Notes under the pieces: generated by a model
The model's input: only the letters and a program-made list of their open reading frames with translations
Told to the model about the DNA's origin: nothing
Databases searched by the model: none
Program-made: the position numbers and the translations under genes
Assembly (NCBI GenBank): GCA_965223545.1
Contig: OZ245006.1
Coordinates: 4,448,001 to 4,512,000, forward strand
Origin: Planctomycetota bacterium
GTDB taxonomy: Bacteria > Planctomycetota > UBA1135 > UBA2386
Direction: 5' to 3'
Length of the DNA: 64,000 nucleotides
In this document: positions 48,947 to 59,033 of the stretch, piece by piece
Numbering within the stretch: position 1 is the stretch's first letter
Layout: every line of letters begins with the position of its first letter

Positions 48947-49057
48947 GGGTCCTCTCGTCAGGTTCTTGGTTCGGGCTGACCGTAGCTTTGCCGTGGAGTC
49001 GGTCTTGGAGAAACGCGACAACTGTCCGAGCAAGATCCGTCGGCGATACGATCCGCG

Positions 49058-49579
49058 GTGATGACTCTCCGTGCTCTTGCCTTGCTGAGCGTTCTGGTAG
49101 CGCCGGCGTGTGTCTGTCCTCCGCTGCCATCGCCGCATCTCGTCGCCCGCACCTACATCGAAGCCGACTACGACCGCGTCTGGCGCGCGTTCACTACGGC
49201 GGAGGGTTACCAGGCGTGGTACTCCACACCGTGCCGAGTGTTCGGCACGGAGCCGGGGGCGGAGTGCGTGTGGGCGGTGGGCGAGCGCGTCACCTACCGC
49301 GGCGAGCTGCGGTCGATCGAGCCCGGCGTCGGGTTGGCGCACACGTTCCGCTTCGTCGGTTTCGGCTTCGAGGAGACCACGCTCGTCGACATCGAAATCG
49401 TGCAGCAGGGCGACGTGGTGTACGTCTGCGTTCAGCACGACTGCTCAAAGGCCCCGGAAACGCGAGCGCTGATCACCGAGGTGGGTTGGTCGAAGTCGTT
49501 GGCGCGCCTCAAGTCTCTGCTCGAGCGCGGAACCCCGATGCCGTGGCCGGAAGGCGTTGCGGGACAACAGGCGCGCTGA
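49058..49579 (+). CDS. SRPBCC (AHSA1-like) domain protein
   Basis: IEA..DRVWRAFT..E...AW and GW...LARLKSLLE. Confidence 0.8.
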   Translation: MMTLRALALLSVLVAPACVCPPLPSPHLVARTYIEADYDRVWRAFTTAEGYQAWYSTPCRVFGTEPGAECVWAVGERVTYRGELRSIEPGVGLAHTFRFVGFGFEETTLVDIEIVQQGDVVYVCVQHDCSKAPETRALITEVGWSKSLARLKSLLERGTPMPWPEGVAGQQAR

Positions 49580-49667
49580 CCGCGTGCAACGCGCTTGCAT
49601 TGACAGATTGCGAGGGACTGGCTAGCGTCCGTCGCTCGGGAATTGTCCCGGAAAGGTGTTCGGGAAA

Positions 49668-52541
49668 ATGCACCACATCCGTGTCTTGGACGGTCTCTTC
49701 GTCGTGACCGTGTCTTGTTCTGCCGCGCTGAGTCAGCAGCCGCTGGCCTCGTTGCAGGGTCCGTTCCTCTTTGGCCAACACGTTGCCGGAGTCGGCGACG
49801 TCAATCGCGATGGCATCTCCGATGTCGCGATCGCGACCCCGGAGACGTTTTCCGTACCGGGCTCGGTGCGCGTCGTTTCCGGCATCGACGGCACCGTTCT
49901 GCACGACCTCACGCGGCCGATCGGCACCGGCTTCGCGGCGTCGATCGCCGGAGTCGGCGACGTCAATGGCGATGGTGCCGCGGACTTGGCGGTCGGTGCG
50001 CCCTTTGCGGATGCGTACTCCGGTGAGTCGATCCCGCAGGCGGGGATGGCCGAAGTGATCTCCGGGGCGGACGGCAGCACACTCCACACCTTCCGTGGGC
50101 AAGCCATGTTCGACCACTTCGGAACTTCGGTTGCCGGTGGCGGCGACGTCGATGGCGATGGCTACGACGACGTGGCGGTCGGCGCACCGCAAGACCATCC
50201 GCGGCTGGGCGGGTTTGGCTACGTTCGCGTCTACTCGGGCAGGGACGGCGGGGTCCTACACACATTGGGTGCCCTCAGCGTCGAAGACGTCGGCATCCGA
50301 TTCGGCCACTCCGTGGCGATCCTCGGTGACGTCGACGGGGACCGTCGGGACGATGTTGCGGTCGGACTGCCAGGGATCGATTTCAAGACGGGCGCGGTTC
50401 GAGTGTTCTCCGGTGCGAACGGCCAGCGGCTGTACGAAGTGCTCGGTGTGCGTCGGCGACAGGCCTACGGACGGCTCTTGAGCGCCGTCGGCGACGCCGA
50501 CGGGGATGGCTTGGCCGACTTGGCGGTTGGCTTTCGACCCGTGTTGAGCCCGTTCGCCGGAGTGCATCTGCTTTCCGGTGCGAACGGTGCGTTTCTGCGC
50601 GGCTTGAGTCCGGTCTTCATGGGGTTTGGCCTCGGCATGCCTCACAGTGTCGCCGGTGTCGGTGACTACGATGGCGATGGCTGCGCCGACGTCGCGGTCG
50701 GCCGCCTCGGCCATGCCGTGGTCTACTCCGGCCGCGATGGCAGCCCGCTGTGTGTGCGTGCGAGCACCATGCCCGGCACCAGCACGGGGTTCGGCACAGC
50801 CGTTGCCAGTGCCGGCGATGTCGACCGCGACGGCTACCCGGACTTGATCATCGGGTCGCCGGGCGAAGGCCCTGGTCGCGGCGGAGCGTACGTCTACCGG
50901 GGCGGCCCGTGCATGCATCGCGAGGTCGGCGCTCTCTCGCCGGCGGCGGGCGGCTCGCTGTTCGGGCGCCGGATCGCGGCTCTCACCGACTGGAATGGCG
51001 ACGGCGTCGCGGAGTACGCGGTCGGAGCGATGCTGGAGTCGAGCCAGGGGCGCACCCGCAATGGGGTCGTCCGTGTCTTTTCCGGCGCGGACAACCGCGA
51101 AGTCCTCTCGCTGCACGGCACGACGAACCACCAGTTCTTCGGATCGGCCGTCGGCAATGCCGGTGACGTGGATGGGGACGGTGTGGGCGACCTCGTCGTC
51201 GGCGCCTACGGCGACCGATCGGCCGGGCTCGATGCCGGCAAGATCGTGGTCTATTCGGGCGCGACCGCCGGCGTGCTGCACGTTGTCGTCGGGAGTGCTC
51301 CCGGAGATCTGCTCGGCTCTGCCGTCGATGGACTGGGAGATGTCGATGGAGATGGGTTTGACGATTTTCTCGCGAGTGCGCGCGGGGCGGGCGCGGGGCG
51401 AGGATCGGTTCGGGTCTACAGCGGTAGGACCGCGGCGCCGCTCTATGCCGTCAACGGCCCGCTGGTCGACCAGGGCCTCGGTACTTCGGCACGAGCCATC
51501 GGTGACTTCGACGGCGATGGGGTCACCGATTTTGGCGCCGGTGCGCCGCAGCTCTTGCCGCAGCCGACCGGACCGGGCTCGGTCCGCGTCTATTCGGGTG
51601 CCACGGGTGCGGTGCTGCGCGTGATCACGGGAGCTGGCTTCGGGAGTGGGTTTGGTCAGTCGCTCGCGGGCGGCGTCGATCTCGACGGCGATGCTGCGCT
51701 GGACCTGGTGATCGGCGCACCCGAGGGCAGCAGGAATGGCGAGGTATGGCTGTTTTCCGGTGGCCCGGCGATCGTGCGGAGGTTGGGCATCGGCGCGGGT
51801 CTCGGCGACCGGTACGGGGCATGGGTCGAGTGCGTCGGCGACGTGGATGGAGACGGAGTCGGCGAGTACGCCGTGGGCGCGCCGTTCGCCGACGTCGCGC
51901 TAGCCGACGGAGTCGTGCTGGCCGACGCTGGTACCGCGTCGATCCTGTCCGTCCACGGCATGGTCGCCGTGCAGACGGTCCAGGGGGCAGCAGCGGACGA
52001 AGGAGTCGGTGCCTCGGTCGCCGCGCTCGGCGACACCAACGGCGACGGCAGCGCGGATTTCGCGGTCGGCGCCCCGAGTGCGTCGCCCAACGGCCCTCAA
52101 TCGGGCGCGGTGCGTATCTTCCAGTCGACGCCGCCGCGTGCCCGCGGCTTCTACGATGCCTACGGCGTGAGTTGCCCCGGATCGAGCGGCACGCTGCCCC
52201 GGGCGAGTGGCGGCGTCGAGCCGCGGCCCGGCATCGCGATCGACGTGGGGCTGCGCGCGGCGCCGGCCGGCATGCCGGCGGTGCTGCTGATCGGCGGTGC
52301 GCGGGCCAGCGTGGGCCTCGCCGCGATCGGCATGCCGGGGTGCGTGCTGGCGACGCAGCCTCTGGCGAGCTTGCCGGGTCTCACCGACGCGACCGGAACC
52401 GCGACGGCGACGCTTGCCGTGCCTGGTTCCCCGTCGCTGGTGGGCGGTGTGGTCGACGTGCAGTGGGCCATTGCCGATGCGCTGGCGAATCCCCTGGGAC
52501 TGGTCGCGAGCCACGGGCTGGAAGCCGTGATCGGCGGCTGA
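49668..52541 (+). CDS. Secreted FG-GAP (integrin-alpha-like) repeat protein with shared C-terminal module
   Basis: About 14 FG..VA..GD.DGDG..D..VGA repeats; tail YGVSC...LAVP..PSLVG....QW...D..ANPLGLVASHGL. Confidence 0.9.
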   Translation: MHHIRVLDGLFVVTVSCSAALSQQPLASLQGPFLFGQHVAGVGDVNRDGISDVAIATPETFSVPGSVRVVSGIDGTVLHDLTRPIGTGFAASIAGVGDVNGDGAADLAVGAPFADAYSGESIPQAGMAEVISGADGSTLHTFRGQAMFDHFGTSVAGGGDVDGDGYDDVAVGAPQDHPRLGGFGYVRVYSGRDGGVLHTLGALSVEDVGIRFGHSVAILGDVDGDRRDDVAVGLPGIDFKTGAVRVFSGANGQRLYEVLGVRRRQAYGRLLSAVGDADGDGLADLAVGFRPVLSPFAGVHLLSGANGAFLRGLSPVFMGFGLGMPHSVAGVGDYDGDGCADVAVGRLGHAVVYSGRDGSPLCVRASTMPGTSTGFGTAVASAGDVDRDGYPDLIIGSPGEGPGRGGAYVYRGGPCMHREVGALSPAAGGSLFGRRIAALTDWNGDGVAEYAVGAMLESSQGRTRNGVVRVFSGADNREVLSLHGTTNHQFFGSAVGNAGDVDGDGVGDLVVGAYGDRSAGLDAGKIVVYSGATAGVLHVVVGSAPGDLLGSAVDGLGDVDGDGFDDFLASARGAGAGRGSVRVYSGRTAAPLYAVNGPLVDQGLGTSARAIGDFDGDGVTDFGAGAPQLLPQPTGPGSVRVYSGATGAVLRVITGAGFGSGFGQSLAGGVDLDGDAALDLVIGAPEGSRNGEVWLFSGGPAIVRRLGIGAGLGDRYGAWVECVGDVDGDGVGEYAVGAPFADVALADGVVLADAGTASILSVHGMVAVQTVQGAAADEGVGASVAALGDTNGDGSADFAVGAPSASPNGPQSGAVRIFQSTPPRARGFYDAYGVSCPGSSGTLPRASGGVEPRPGIAIDVGLRAAPAGMPAVLLIGGARASVGLAAIGMPGCVLATQPLASLPGLTDATGTATATLAVPGSPSLVGGVVDVQWAIADALANPLGLVASHGLEAVIGG

Positions 52542-52611
52542 CGCGCACTCGAGGGCGCCTGGCCTGCGGAGTGGCTTCGGGAGGGCTATGATCGACTGCC
52601 CAGGAGGTCAC

Positions 52612-53922
52612 ATGCCGACTCCCGTGCGCAGCGTGTCGTTCCGTCCCTCCGCGGTCTTCGCCGCGGGTTGTCTCTCCGCCCTCTTCGCCAACCCCGCGGT
52701 GGGCCAGATCCCCGACGGCCACTTGGCGGTCGCGGCGCGCCCCGCCCAGATGCCGGGGGGAATCTGGATCTTCGATCCCCGCGAGCCGGGGCCGGGCTTG
52801 GCGATCTCCGGGCTGGAGCCGGACCTGACCACCGCGGGGGGCGGAGGTGGCGGCGCCAACGCGCTGTTGGTGCGCGACGACGACGGCGCACTCGTGGTCG
52901 GCGAGTGGGGCCGCAACGGCGCGTCGTTGGACGTGCACGTGATCACACTGTCGGGGAGCCGCGTCGTCGTCGACCGGCGCATCTCGCTGGGCGTCGGTGC
53001 GCCGCTCGGGGCCGCCCCGGCAGTGGCCGACATGGACTGGCTGCCCAACGGCGACGTCGTCGTCGCCACGCGCAACCTGCCACCGTCGGCGCTCGGCGGC
53101 ACGCCGCTGGCGATCGTGTCGCTGACCACCGGCGTCGTGACGCCGATTCCGTTGAATCCGCCGCCGTCGTTGTTGGTCGGCTCGGTCGTCTACGACGCGG
53201 CATCGGCGAGTGTGCTGTACGGCACGGTGATCGGCAGCGGCCCCGCGATCTACCGCGTGGCTTTGACCGGTGGGACGCCGCAGCAGGTGTATCCGCTGGT
53301 GGCCGAGGACATGGTGCTGCATCCGGATGGGAGCCTCTATGTCGCCGCCGGCAGCATCGTGCGCGTCGAGCAGCCGTCGGGGGCGTGGCGCGTCGTGGTG
53401 CCCAATCTGCAGACGTTCCACCTGACGGTGGAGCGCGCGACCGGCGCGCTGCAGTTCACCAGCGCATCCGGTGTGCACTGGGCGCCGTCGAGCGGTGGGG
53501 TGCGCAATCTGGCATCGCTGTCCGGGGTCACGCCCACCGACATCGCGTTGCGCTCCGATCCCCGGGTGTACGGCGTTCCCTCGCCGGCGGCCAAGACCGT
53601 GCGCTGGCAGCCAGCGCTCAACGGTGTGCCGCGCCTGGGGACCACGATGCACCTCGAGGTCGCCGTCTCGCCGGCGGGCGGCGCGGCGGGGGTCGTCCTC
53701 GCCGCGCTGGCGCCGGCGGCGATTCCGGTGTTGGGCGGCACCCTGCTGCTCGATCCGGCCACCGTCGTTCCGCTGACCACCATGCCCGCGGCCGGCAGAG
53801 TCGCGCTGCCGATCCCCCAAGCCCCGGCTCTGGTTGCGCGCTCTGTGTACCTCCAGTCGATCCACCCCGACCCGGCCGGGGTCGCCGCATCCGACGGACT
53901 CGCGCTGACGTTCCTGCGGTAG
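52612..53922 (+). CDS. Secreted beta-propeller-like protein with shared C-terminal module
   Basis: Signal peptide after GGAGG; tail YG...PRLG...LPIPQAPALVARSVYLQ...D..GVAASDGLAL. Confidence 0.75.
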   Translation: MPTPVRSVSFRPSAVFAAGCLSALFANPAVGQIPDGHLAVAARPAQMPGGIWIFDPREPGPGLAISGLEPDLTTAGGGGGGANALLVRDDDGALVVGEWGRNGASLDVHVITLSGSRVVVDRRISLGVGAPLGAAPAVADMDWLPNGDVVVATRNLPPSALGGTPLAIVSLTTGVVTPIPLNPPPSLLVGSVVYDAASASVLYGTVIGSGPAIYRVALTGGTPQQVYPLVAEDMVLHPDGSLYVAAGSIVRVEQPSGAWRVVVPNLQTFHLTVERATGALQFTSASGVHWAPSSGGVRNLASLSGVTPTDIALRSDPRVYGVPSPAAKTVRWQPALNGVPRLGTTMHLEVAVSPAGGAAGVVLAALAPAAIPVLGGTLLLDPATVVPLTTMPAAGRVALPIPQAPALVARSVYLQSIHPDPAGVAASDGLALTFLR

Positions 53923-53934
53923 CCGCGGTCGCGG

Positions 53935-56900
53935 TCACACCTCGGAGGGTTGGTGCTCGATCGCGATCTGCTTGATCGCGCGCAGGTCGAGCTTGCCGGT
54001 GCCGAGGATCGGCAGCGCCTCGACCTGCACGAAGTCGTCGGCCTTGGGCACGAACAAGTTGGGCAGACCGGCGGCGCCGAGGTCTTGCAGCACGGTCGGG
54101 ATCTCCCGCGCCGCCAATGTGTGCAGCACGACGAGTTTCTCGCCCTTGCGCGCGTCGGGCACGCCGGTCACCGCGAAGGTCGGCTCGGTGCGTCCGGCGG
54201 CCTCGTGCAGGGCGGTCTCGACCGTGCCGTGCGGCACCATCTCGCCGCCGATCTTCGAGAACCGCGACAGCCGATCGCCGATGTGCACGTAGCCGTCGTC
54301 GTCGACGTGGGCGAGGTCGCCGGTCACGTACCAGCCCTCGCGCAGCACTTGTGCAGTGAGGTCGGGCCGGCCGAGGTAGCCGCGCATGACGTTGGGGCCG
54401 CGCACCAACAGGAGGCCGGTCTCGCCCGGAGGCAGCGCTGCGTGGCTGTCCGGATCGACGACGCGCACGGTGATGCCGGGCAGGGGTTGGCCCACGGACC
54501 CCGGCCGCTGGCCCGCTTGAAAGACGCCGGGGGCGCGGTAGTCCGGTGCGCCGACCGCGATCACCGGCGAGCACTCGGTCGCGCCGTAGCCCTCGAGCGG
54601 GCGGATGCCGAAGCGCTGCTCGAACGCGGTGGCCAAGCGGTCCGGCAGCTTTTCGGCGCCGGTGATCAGCAGCCGGATCGAGCCGAGCTGTCCGGGCTGG
54701 CAGCGGCGCAGATACAGCTGCAAGAACGTCGGCGTCGCCAGCATCGTCGTCACGCGGTAGCGCTCGATCAGCGCCCCGATCGCGGTCGCGTCGAGCGGGT
54801 TGGCGTGGAACACCAGCGCCATGCCGCGCCGCAGCGCGAACCACAAGCTCATCTTGCCGAAGGAGTGGAACAGCGGCAGGATGCCGAGCAGTCGGTCACC
54901 GCTGGAGACGGGCAGCGACTCGGCCGTGCCATCACCGTTGGCCACCAAGTTGAAGTGCGTCAGCTCGACGCCCTTGGGCTCGCCGGTGCTGCCGCTCGAG
55001 AACAGGACTGCGGCGACGTCGTCGACTTCGACCTTTCGCTCCGCGCCACAGGCGCGTTCGAGCCAGCGCACCGGGGCGAACATCGCCAGCAGCGCCGCGA
55101 AGAGCTTGTTGCCCTTGCCGATCGAGGCGGCGAGATCCTCCGCCATCAGCAGTCGGGCACCGCCTTGGAGCTCGATCTTGGCGAGCTCCAAGAAGCGCGC
55201 ACTGGTGACGATCGTGTCGAGCTCGGCTTGGCGGATGGCGGAGGCGATCGCGGCCGGGCCGGCGGTGTAGTTGAGGTTGACGGCCGTGCGGCCGGCGAGG
55301 GCGGCGGCGATGTTGGTGGCAGCGCCGGCCACGCTCGGTGGTAGCAAGATGCCGACCCGTTCGCTGTTGCCCCAGTCCGACCGCAGCCGTCGGGCGAGGG
55401 CGACCGCTGCCGTGAGCAGGCCGAAGCGCGACACGGAGGGGCGGGTGGCGTCGGCCGCGGCGAGCTTCCACGGCGCCCGGCGCGCACCGCGGACGAACGC
55501 GACGTGCAGCGGTGCGGCGTTGGCCGCGCGCTCCGCCCACGCGTCGGCGGACAAGTCGCGCACCGCCTCGCGCACCGCGCGGCGGTCGCTGTCCGCGCGC
55601 ATCGGCGCGCCGAAGCACACGGTCACCGGCCGCGGCAGGCGCGGAATGCCCCCGCCGCCGCGCTTGGCGGCGAAGCTGAAGACGCTGCCCCACACGCGGT
55701 CGAGGTACAGCGGCACGATCGGCACGTCGCGGCCCTTGACCAGCCGCTCCAGCCCGCGCTGGAACGGCAGCATGCGGCCGGTGCGACTGATCTCGCCCTC
55801 GGCAAAGATGCACACCAGCTCACCGTCGTCGAGGTGCTTGCCGGCGTCCCGCATGGACTGCAGCAAGGCCCGCGGGCTGTCGCCCGCCGCGATCGGCACC
55901 GCGCGCAGCAGCCGCATGAACGGGTGCAGCCAACGGTGGTAGTAGTAGTCCGAGTAGACCAAGAAGCGGATCGGCCGGTGCGTGCTCGCCATGAGCAGCA
56001 GACCGTCGACGAAGGACATGTGGTTGGCGACCAGGAGTCCGCCGCCTTCGGCGGGCACGTTCTCCGCGCCGCGGACCCGCACGCGGTAGAGGGTCGCGCT
56101 CAGCAGAGTGAGCGCGGTGCGCAGACAGGCCTCCGGCAACAGCCATAGCGCCCACGCCGTCGCGGCGGCGACCACCACGGCGGCGGCGGTGAAGATCCCG
56201 GCCGGAGTGAGGCCGAGCATGGTGAACAGCTGCGCTCCCAGCGAGCCGGCGAGGATGCCACCGAAGATCGCACCGTTGGCGACCGCGATCACCGCGCCGC
56301 GCACGCCGGCGGGGGAGAAGAGCTGCAGGGCGGTGTTGAGTGGCACGACGATCAGGCCGCTGCACACGCCGAGCGCGCCCAGCCACGCCGCGGTACCCCA
56401 CGCGCCGGGAGCATACAGACCGAGCACCGCCGAGGCGGCGGCGAGGCCGATGCTGCCCAGCGGGATCCAGCCGAGGTCGAGGCCGCTGCGCGACAGCCGC
56501 CCGACGAGGGCGCTGCCGATGCCGATGCCGACGCCGGAGGCCACCAACAGCTGGCCGGCATGCGACTCGGAGAGGCCGAGGGTCGCGCGGCCGTAGACCA
56601 GGGCGTTTTGGCTGACCAAGCTGGCGATGCCCCAGAAGAGCACCGATCCCGCCACCGTCAGCCGCAGCGTGCGGTCGCGCCAGATCGTGGCAAAGCCATC
56701 GCGACACGCGGTGACCAAGGAGGCGTCGGGGCGCGCTGGCGCGACCCGCGGCACGAACTGGATGGCGACCAGGCCGACCAGCGCCAGCCCGGTCAGCACC
56801 GCGCCGGCGACCCAGGGCTGCGCGCCCGACTGCTCGAGCAGCATGCCACCCGCGGCGGTGCCGAGGATGATCGCCAAGAACGTCCACAGCTCGAGGACGC

Positions 56901-57354
56901 CGTTGCCGGCGGTCAGCCGTTTTGCCGGCAGGATCTCCGGCAGGATGCTGTACTTGGCGGGGCTGAACAGCGCGCTCTGCGCACCCATCGCCGCCAGCAC
57001 GATCAGCCCGAGCACCCCGCCCTCCGGCTGCAGCCAGAGGGCCGCGGTGCCGGCCGCCATCAGCAGCACCTCGGCGCCCTTGGTCGCGACCAGCACGCTG
57101 CGCTTGCTGAACCGGTCGGCGATCCAAGCCGCGGGCAGCGAGAACAGCATCAGCGGCAGGGTGAACACGACGAACGCCAACGTGGTCTGCGCCTGGGAGG
57201 CAATTTCGAGCTGGAGCGTTCCCTCGCCCAGCTGGCCGGCCAGCGTGCGGATCGCCAGCAACGCCATCAGCAGCTTGATGGCGTTGTCGTTGAACGCGCC
57301 GAAGAACTGAGCGATCAGCAGCCCCGCCAGATTGGCCTTGCCTGGATTGTTCAT
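53935..57354 (-). CDS. aas: Aas-like fusion: MFS transporter, acyltransferase and acyl-ACP synthetase
   Basis: QFFGAFNDN MFS start, NHMSFVD and FAEG acyltransferase motifs, FSSGSTGEPKGV, EGYGATE, SRFSKIGGEMV. ATG start at 57354. Confidence 0.92.
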   Translation of the reverse strand: MNNPGKANLAGLLIAQFFGAFNDNAIKLLMALLAIRTLAGQLGEGTLQLEIASQAQTTLAFVVFTLPLMLFSLPAAWIADRFSKRSVLVATKGAEVLLMAAGTAALWLQPEGGVLGLIVLAAMGAQSALFSPAKYSILPEILPAKRLTAGNGVLELWTFLAIILGTAAGGMLLEQSGAQPWVAGAVLTGLALVGLVAIQFVPRVAPARPDASLVTACRDGFATIWRDRTLRLTVAGSVLFWGIASLVSQNALVYGRATLGLSESHAGQLLVASGVGIGIGSALVGRLSRSGLDLGWIPLGSIGLAAASAVLGLYAPGAWGTAAWLGALGVCSGLIVVPLNTALQLFSPAGVRGAVIAVANGAIFGGILAGSLGAQLFTMLGLTPAGIFTAAAVVVAAATAWALWLLPEACLRTALTLLSATLYRVRVRGAENVPAEGGGLLVANHMSFVDGLLLMASTHRPIRFLVYSDYYYHRWLHPFMRLLRAVPIAAGDSPRALLQSMRDAGKHLDDGELVCIFAEGEISRTGRMLPFQRGLERLVKGRDVPIVPLYLDRVWGSVFSFAAKRGGGGIPRLPRPVTVCFGAPMRADSDRRAVREAVRDLSADAWAERAANAAPLHVAFVRGARRAPWKLAAADATRPSVSRFGLLTAAVALARRLRSDWGNSERVGILLPPSVAGAATNIAAALAGRTAVNLNYTAGPAAIASAIRQAELDTIVTSARFLELAKIELQGGARLLMAEDLAASIGKGNKLFAALLAMFAPVRWLERACGAERKVEVDDVAAVLFSSGSTGEPKGVELTHFNLVANGDGTAESLPVSSGDRLLGILPLFHSFGKMSLWFALRRGMALVFHANPLDATAIGALIERYRVTTMLATPTFLQLYLRRCQPGQLGSIRLLITGAEKLPDRLATAFEQRFGIRPLEGYGATECSPVIAVGAPDYRAPGVFQAGQRPGSVGQPLPGITVRVVDPDSHAALPPGETGLLLVRGPNVMRGYLGRPDLTAQVLREGWYVTGDLAHVDDDGYVHIGDRLSRFSKIGGEMVPHGTVETALHEAAGRTEPTFAVTGVPDARKGEKLVVLHTLAAREIPTVLQDLGAAGLPNLFVPKADDFVQVEALPILGTGKLDLRAIKQIAIEHQPSEV

Positions 57355-57566
57355 CGTGGATCGATCGGAGTGGCTCCCCCGGAGTGGCTTCCCCGGGATG
57401 TCAGCAGTATCGACGCCGGAAGAGCACCGCCCCGACTCATTCCGCCGTGCCATTCGCTAAGCACGGCTAATCGAAGAGCCATCCGTCGACTATACTGCGG
57501 CACGAGTGCCTACAGGCTGGCAAAGCGCCTTGCCACCCTGGTTTCCGGCTCCCTTTGCCCCGCCAC

Positions 57567-58445
57567 ATGATTCAGCTCCATCGTCTCGAAGGCTTCTTCT
57601 GGGTCGCGAAGACCGGCGGCTACGCGCGCGCGGCCCGCGCGTTTCCGTACCCGATCACGCAGCCGGCGGTGCACCAGCAGGTGCGCAAGCTCGAGGACGA
57701 GCTGGGTCTCGAGCTGTTCGAGCGCGTCGCCAAGGACCGCGTGCGGCCGACGCCGGCCGGCCGCGCGCTGATGCAGTTCGTGCAGCCGTTCTTCGAGGGG
57801 CTGCCCGCCGCGCTGCGTGCCGTGCGCGCCGGCGCCGGCGCCGGCGAGCTCGTGGTCTACTGCGAGCCGCTGCTGTTGCGGTTGTTGCTGCCGCGCTGGA
57901 TCAAGCGGATGCAGCGGCGCGCGCCCGACACCTGCATCGACCTGCACGAGCTGCGGGAGATCGACGTTTCGCTGTTGCGCCGCGGCGACGCCGATCTCTT
58001 GGTGTGCTATTTGCCCGAGGTTCCCGACGACATCGCCACGCAGGTGGTGGCCACGCTGCGGCCGTTCTTGGTGGTCTCGGCGGATCACCCGCGCGCCGCC
58101 AACAAGCGGCTGCGGCCGAAGGACCTCGCCGGCGAGCCGTTCGTCGCCTACAACCGAGGCACGGTCGAGCACGACCTGCAGATGGGGGCGCTGGCGGAGT
58201 TCGGCGTGCGGCCCGAGCGGCTCCTGTTCGCCAGCAGCGCCGACGCGATTCTCGGCTTCGTCGCCAGCGGGCTCGGCTACTCGCTGGTGCCGCACCTCTC
58301 GGCGGAAGAGCTGCAGTCGTCCGGGGTGTCGGCGCGCCCGCTGTCCCGGCCCAAGATCGAGTTTCCGATCAGTGCCGCGTGGCGCCGCGACGCGCCGGAG
58401 AACGCGGCGCTCGACTTGGCGCTGGAGACCGCTCCCGGCCGGTAG
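57567..58445 (+). CDS. LysR family transcriptional regulator
   Basis: GGYARAA...ITQPAVHQQVRKLEDELGLELFER HTH. Confidence 0.92.
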   Translation: MIQLHRLEGFFWVAKTGGYARAARAFPYPITQPAVHQQVRKLEDELGLELFERVAKDRVRPTPAGRALMQFVQPFFEGLPAALRAVRAGAGAGELVVYCEPLLLRLLLPRWIKRMQRRAPDTCIDLHELREIDVSLLRRGDADLLVCYLPEVPDDIATQVVATLRPFLVVSADHPRAANKRLRPKDLAGEPFVAYNRGTVEHDLQMGALAEFGVRPERLLFASSADAILGFVASGLGYSLVPHLSAEELQSSGVSARPLSRPKIEFPISAAWRRDAPENAALDLALETAPGR

Positions 58446-58535
58446 ACCCGATTCCGGGGTTTTTCGTGACGCCCTGACACGACCGCGGGTGGAACGCCTG
58501 AAACGGACGCAACCGTCCCCGACCAGGAGTGACCC

Positions 58536-59033
58536 GTGCCAGCCAGCCAACAACCGCATGCCATCGCCGACGGCCCGCCGTGGGCCGCCCCTGCCGAGTT
58601 CGTCGTGCGCAACAGCGGCGACGGACGCGAGCAAGGGGTCTTCGCCGCGCGGTCCTTCTCCCGTTCCAGTCTGGTGGCGAGGATCTCCGGCGTCGTCGTG
58701 CATGCCCGCGGGCTCCACACGCTGCAGATGGGCGAAGGGCTGCACATGTACGACATGGACTTCGCCGGTCTGCTGCTGCACTCGTGCGCACCGAACGTCC
58801 ACGTCGACATGCAGCGCCTCGAGGTCTGGGCCCTGCGGGACATCCGGCCGGGAGAGGCACTGTGCATGGACTACACGACGACCGAGGACGTGCTGCATCG
58901 GCAGTTCCCGTGTCTGTGCGGCGCGCCGGCCTGCCGCCGGTGGATCACCGGCTATAGGGAGCCGATCAATGGCGAGGGTCTGCGCTACCTGCAAGGTGGC
59001 AACCGGGACGGCGCGCTGCGCGATGTGGTGTGA
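58536..59033 (+). CDS. SET-domain methyltransferase (BurB-like candidate Met S-methyltransferase)
   Basis: GVFAAR, LHSCAPN, ALRDIRPGEALCMDY, post-SET CLCGAPACR. AGGAG RBS. Confidence 0.8.
   Translation: MPASQQPHAIADGPPWAAPAEFVVRNSGDGREQGVFAARSFSRSSLVARISGVVVHARGLHTLQMGEGLHMYDMDFAGLLLHSCAPNVHVDMQRLEVWALRDIRPGEALCMDYTTTEDVLHRQFPCLCGAPACRRWITGYREPINGEGLRYLQGGNRDGALRDVV

Noticed and set aside
58447..58466. Intrinsic terminator after lysR
   Set aside because: Only a short, imperfect stem precedes the T-run; too weak to call.
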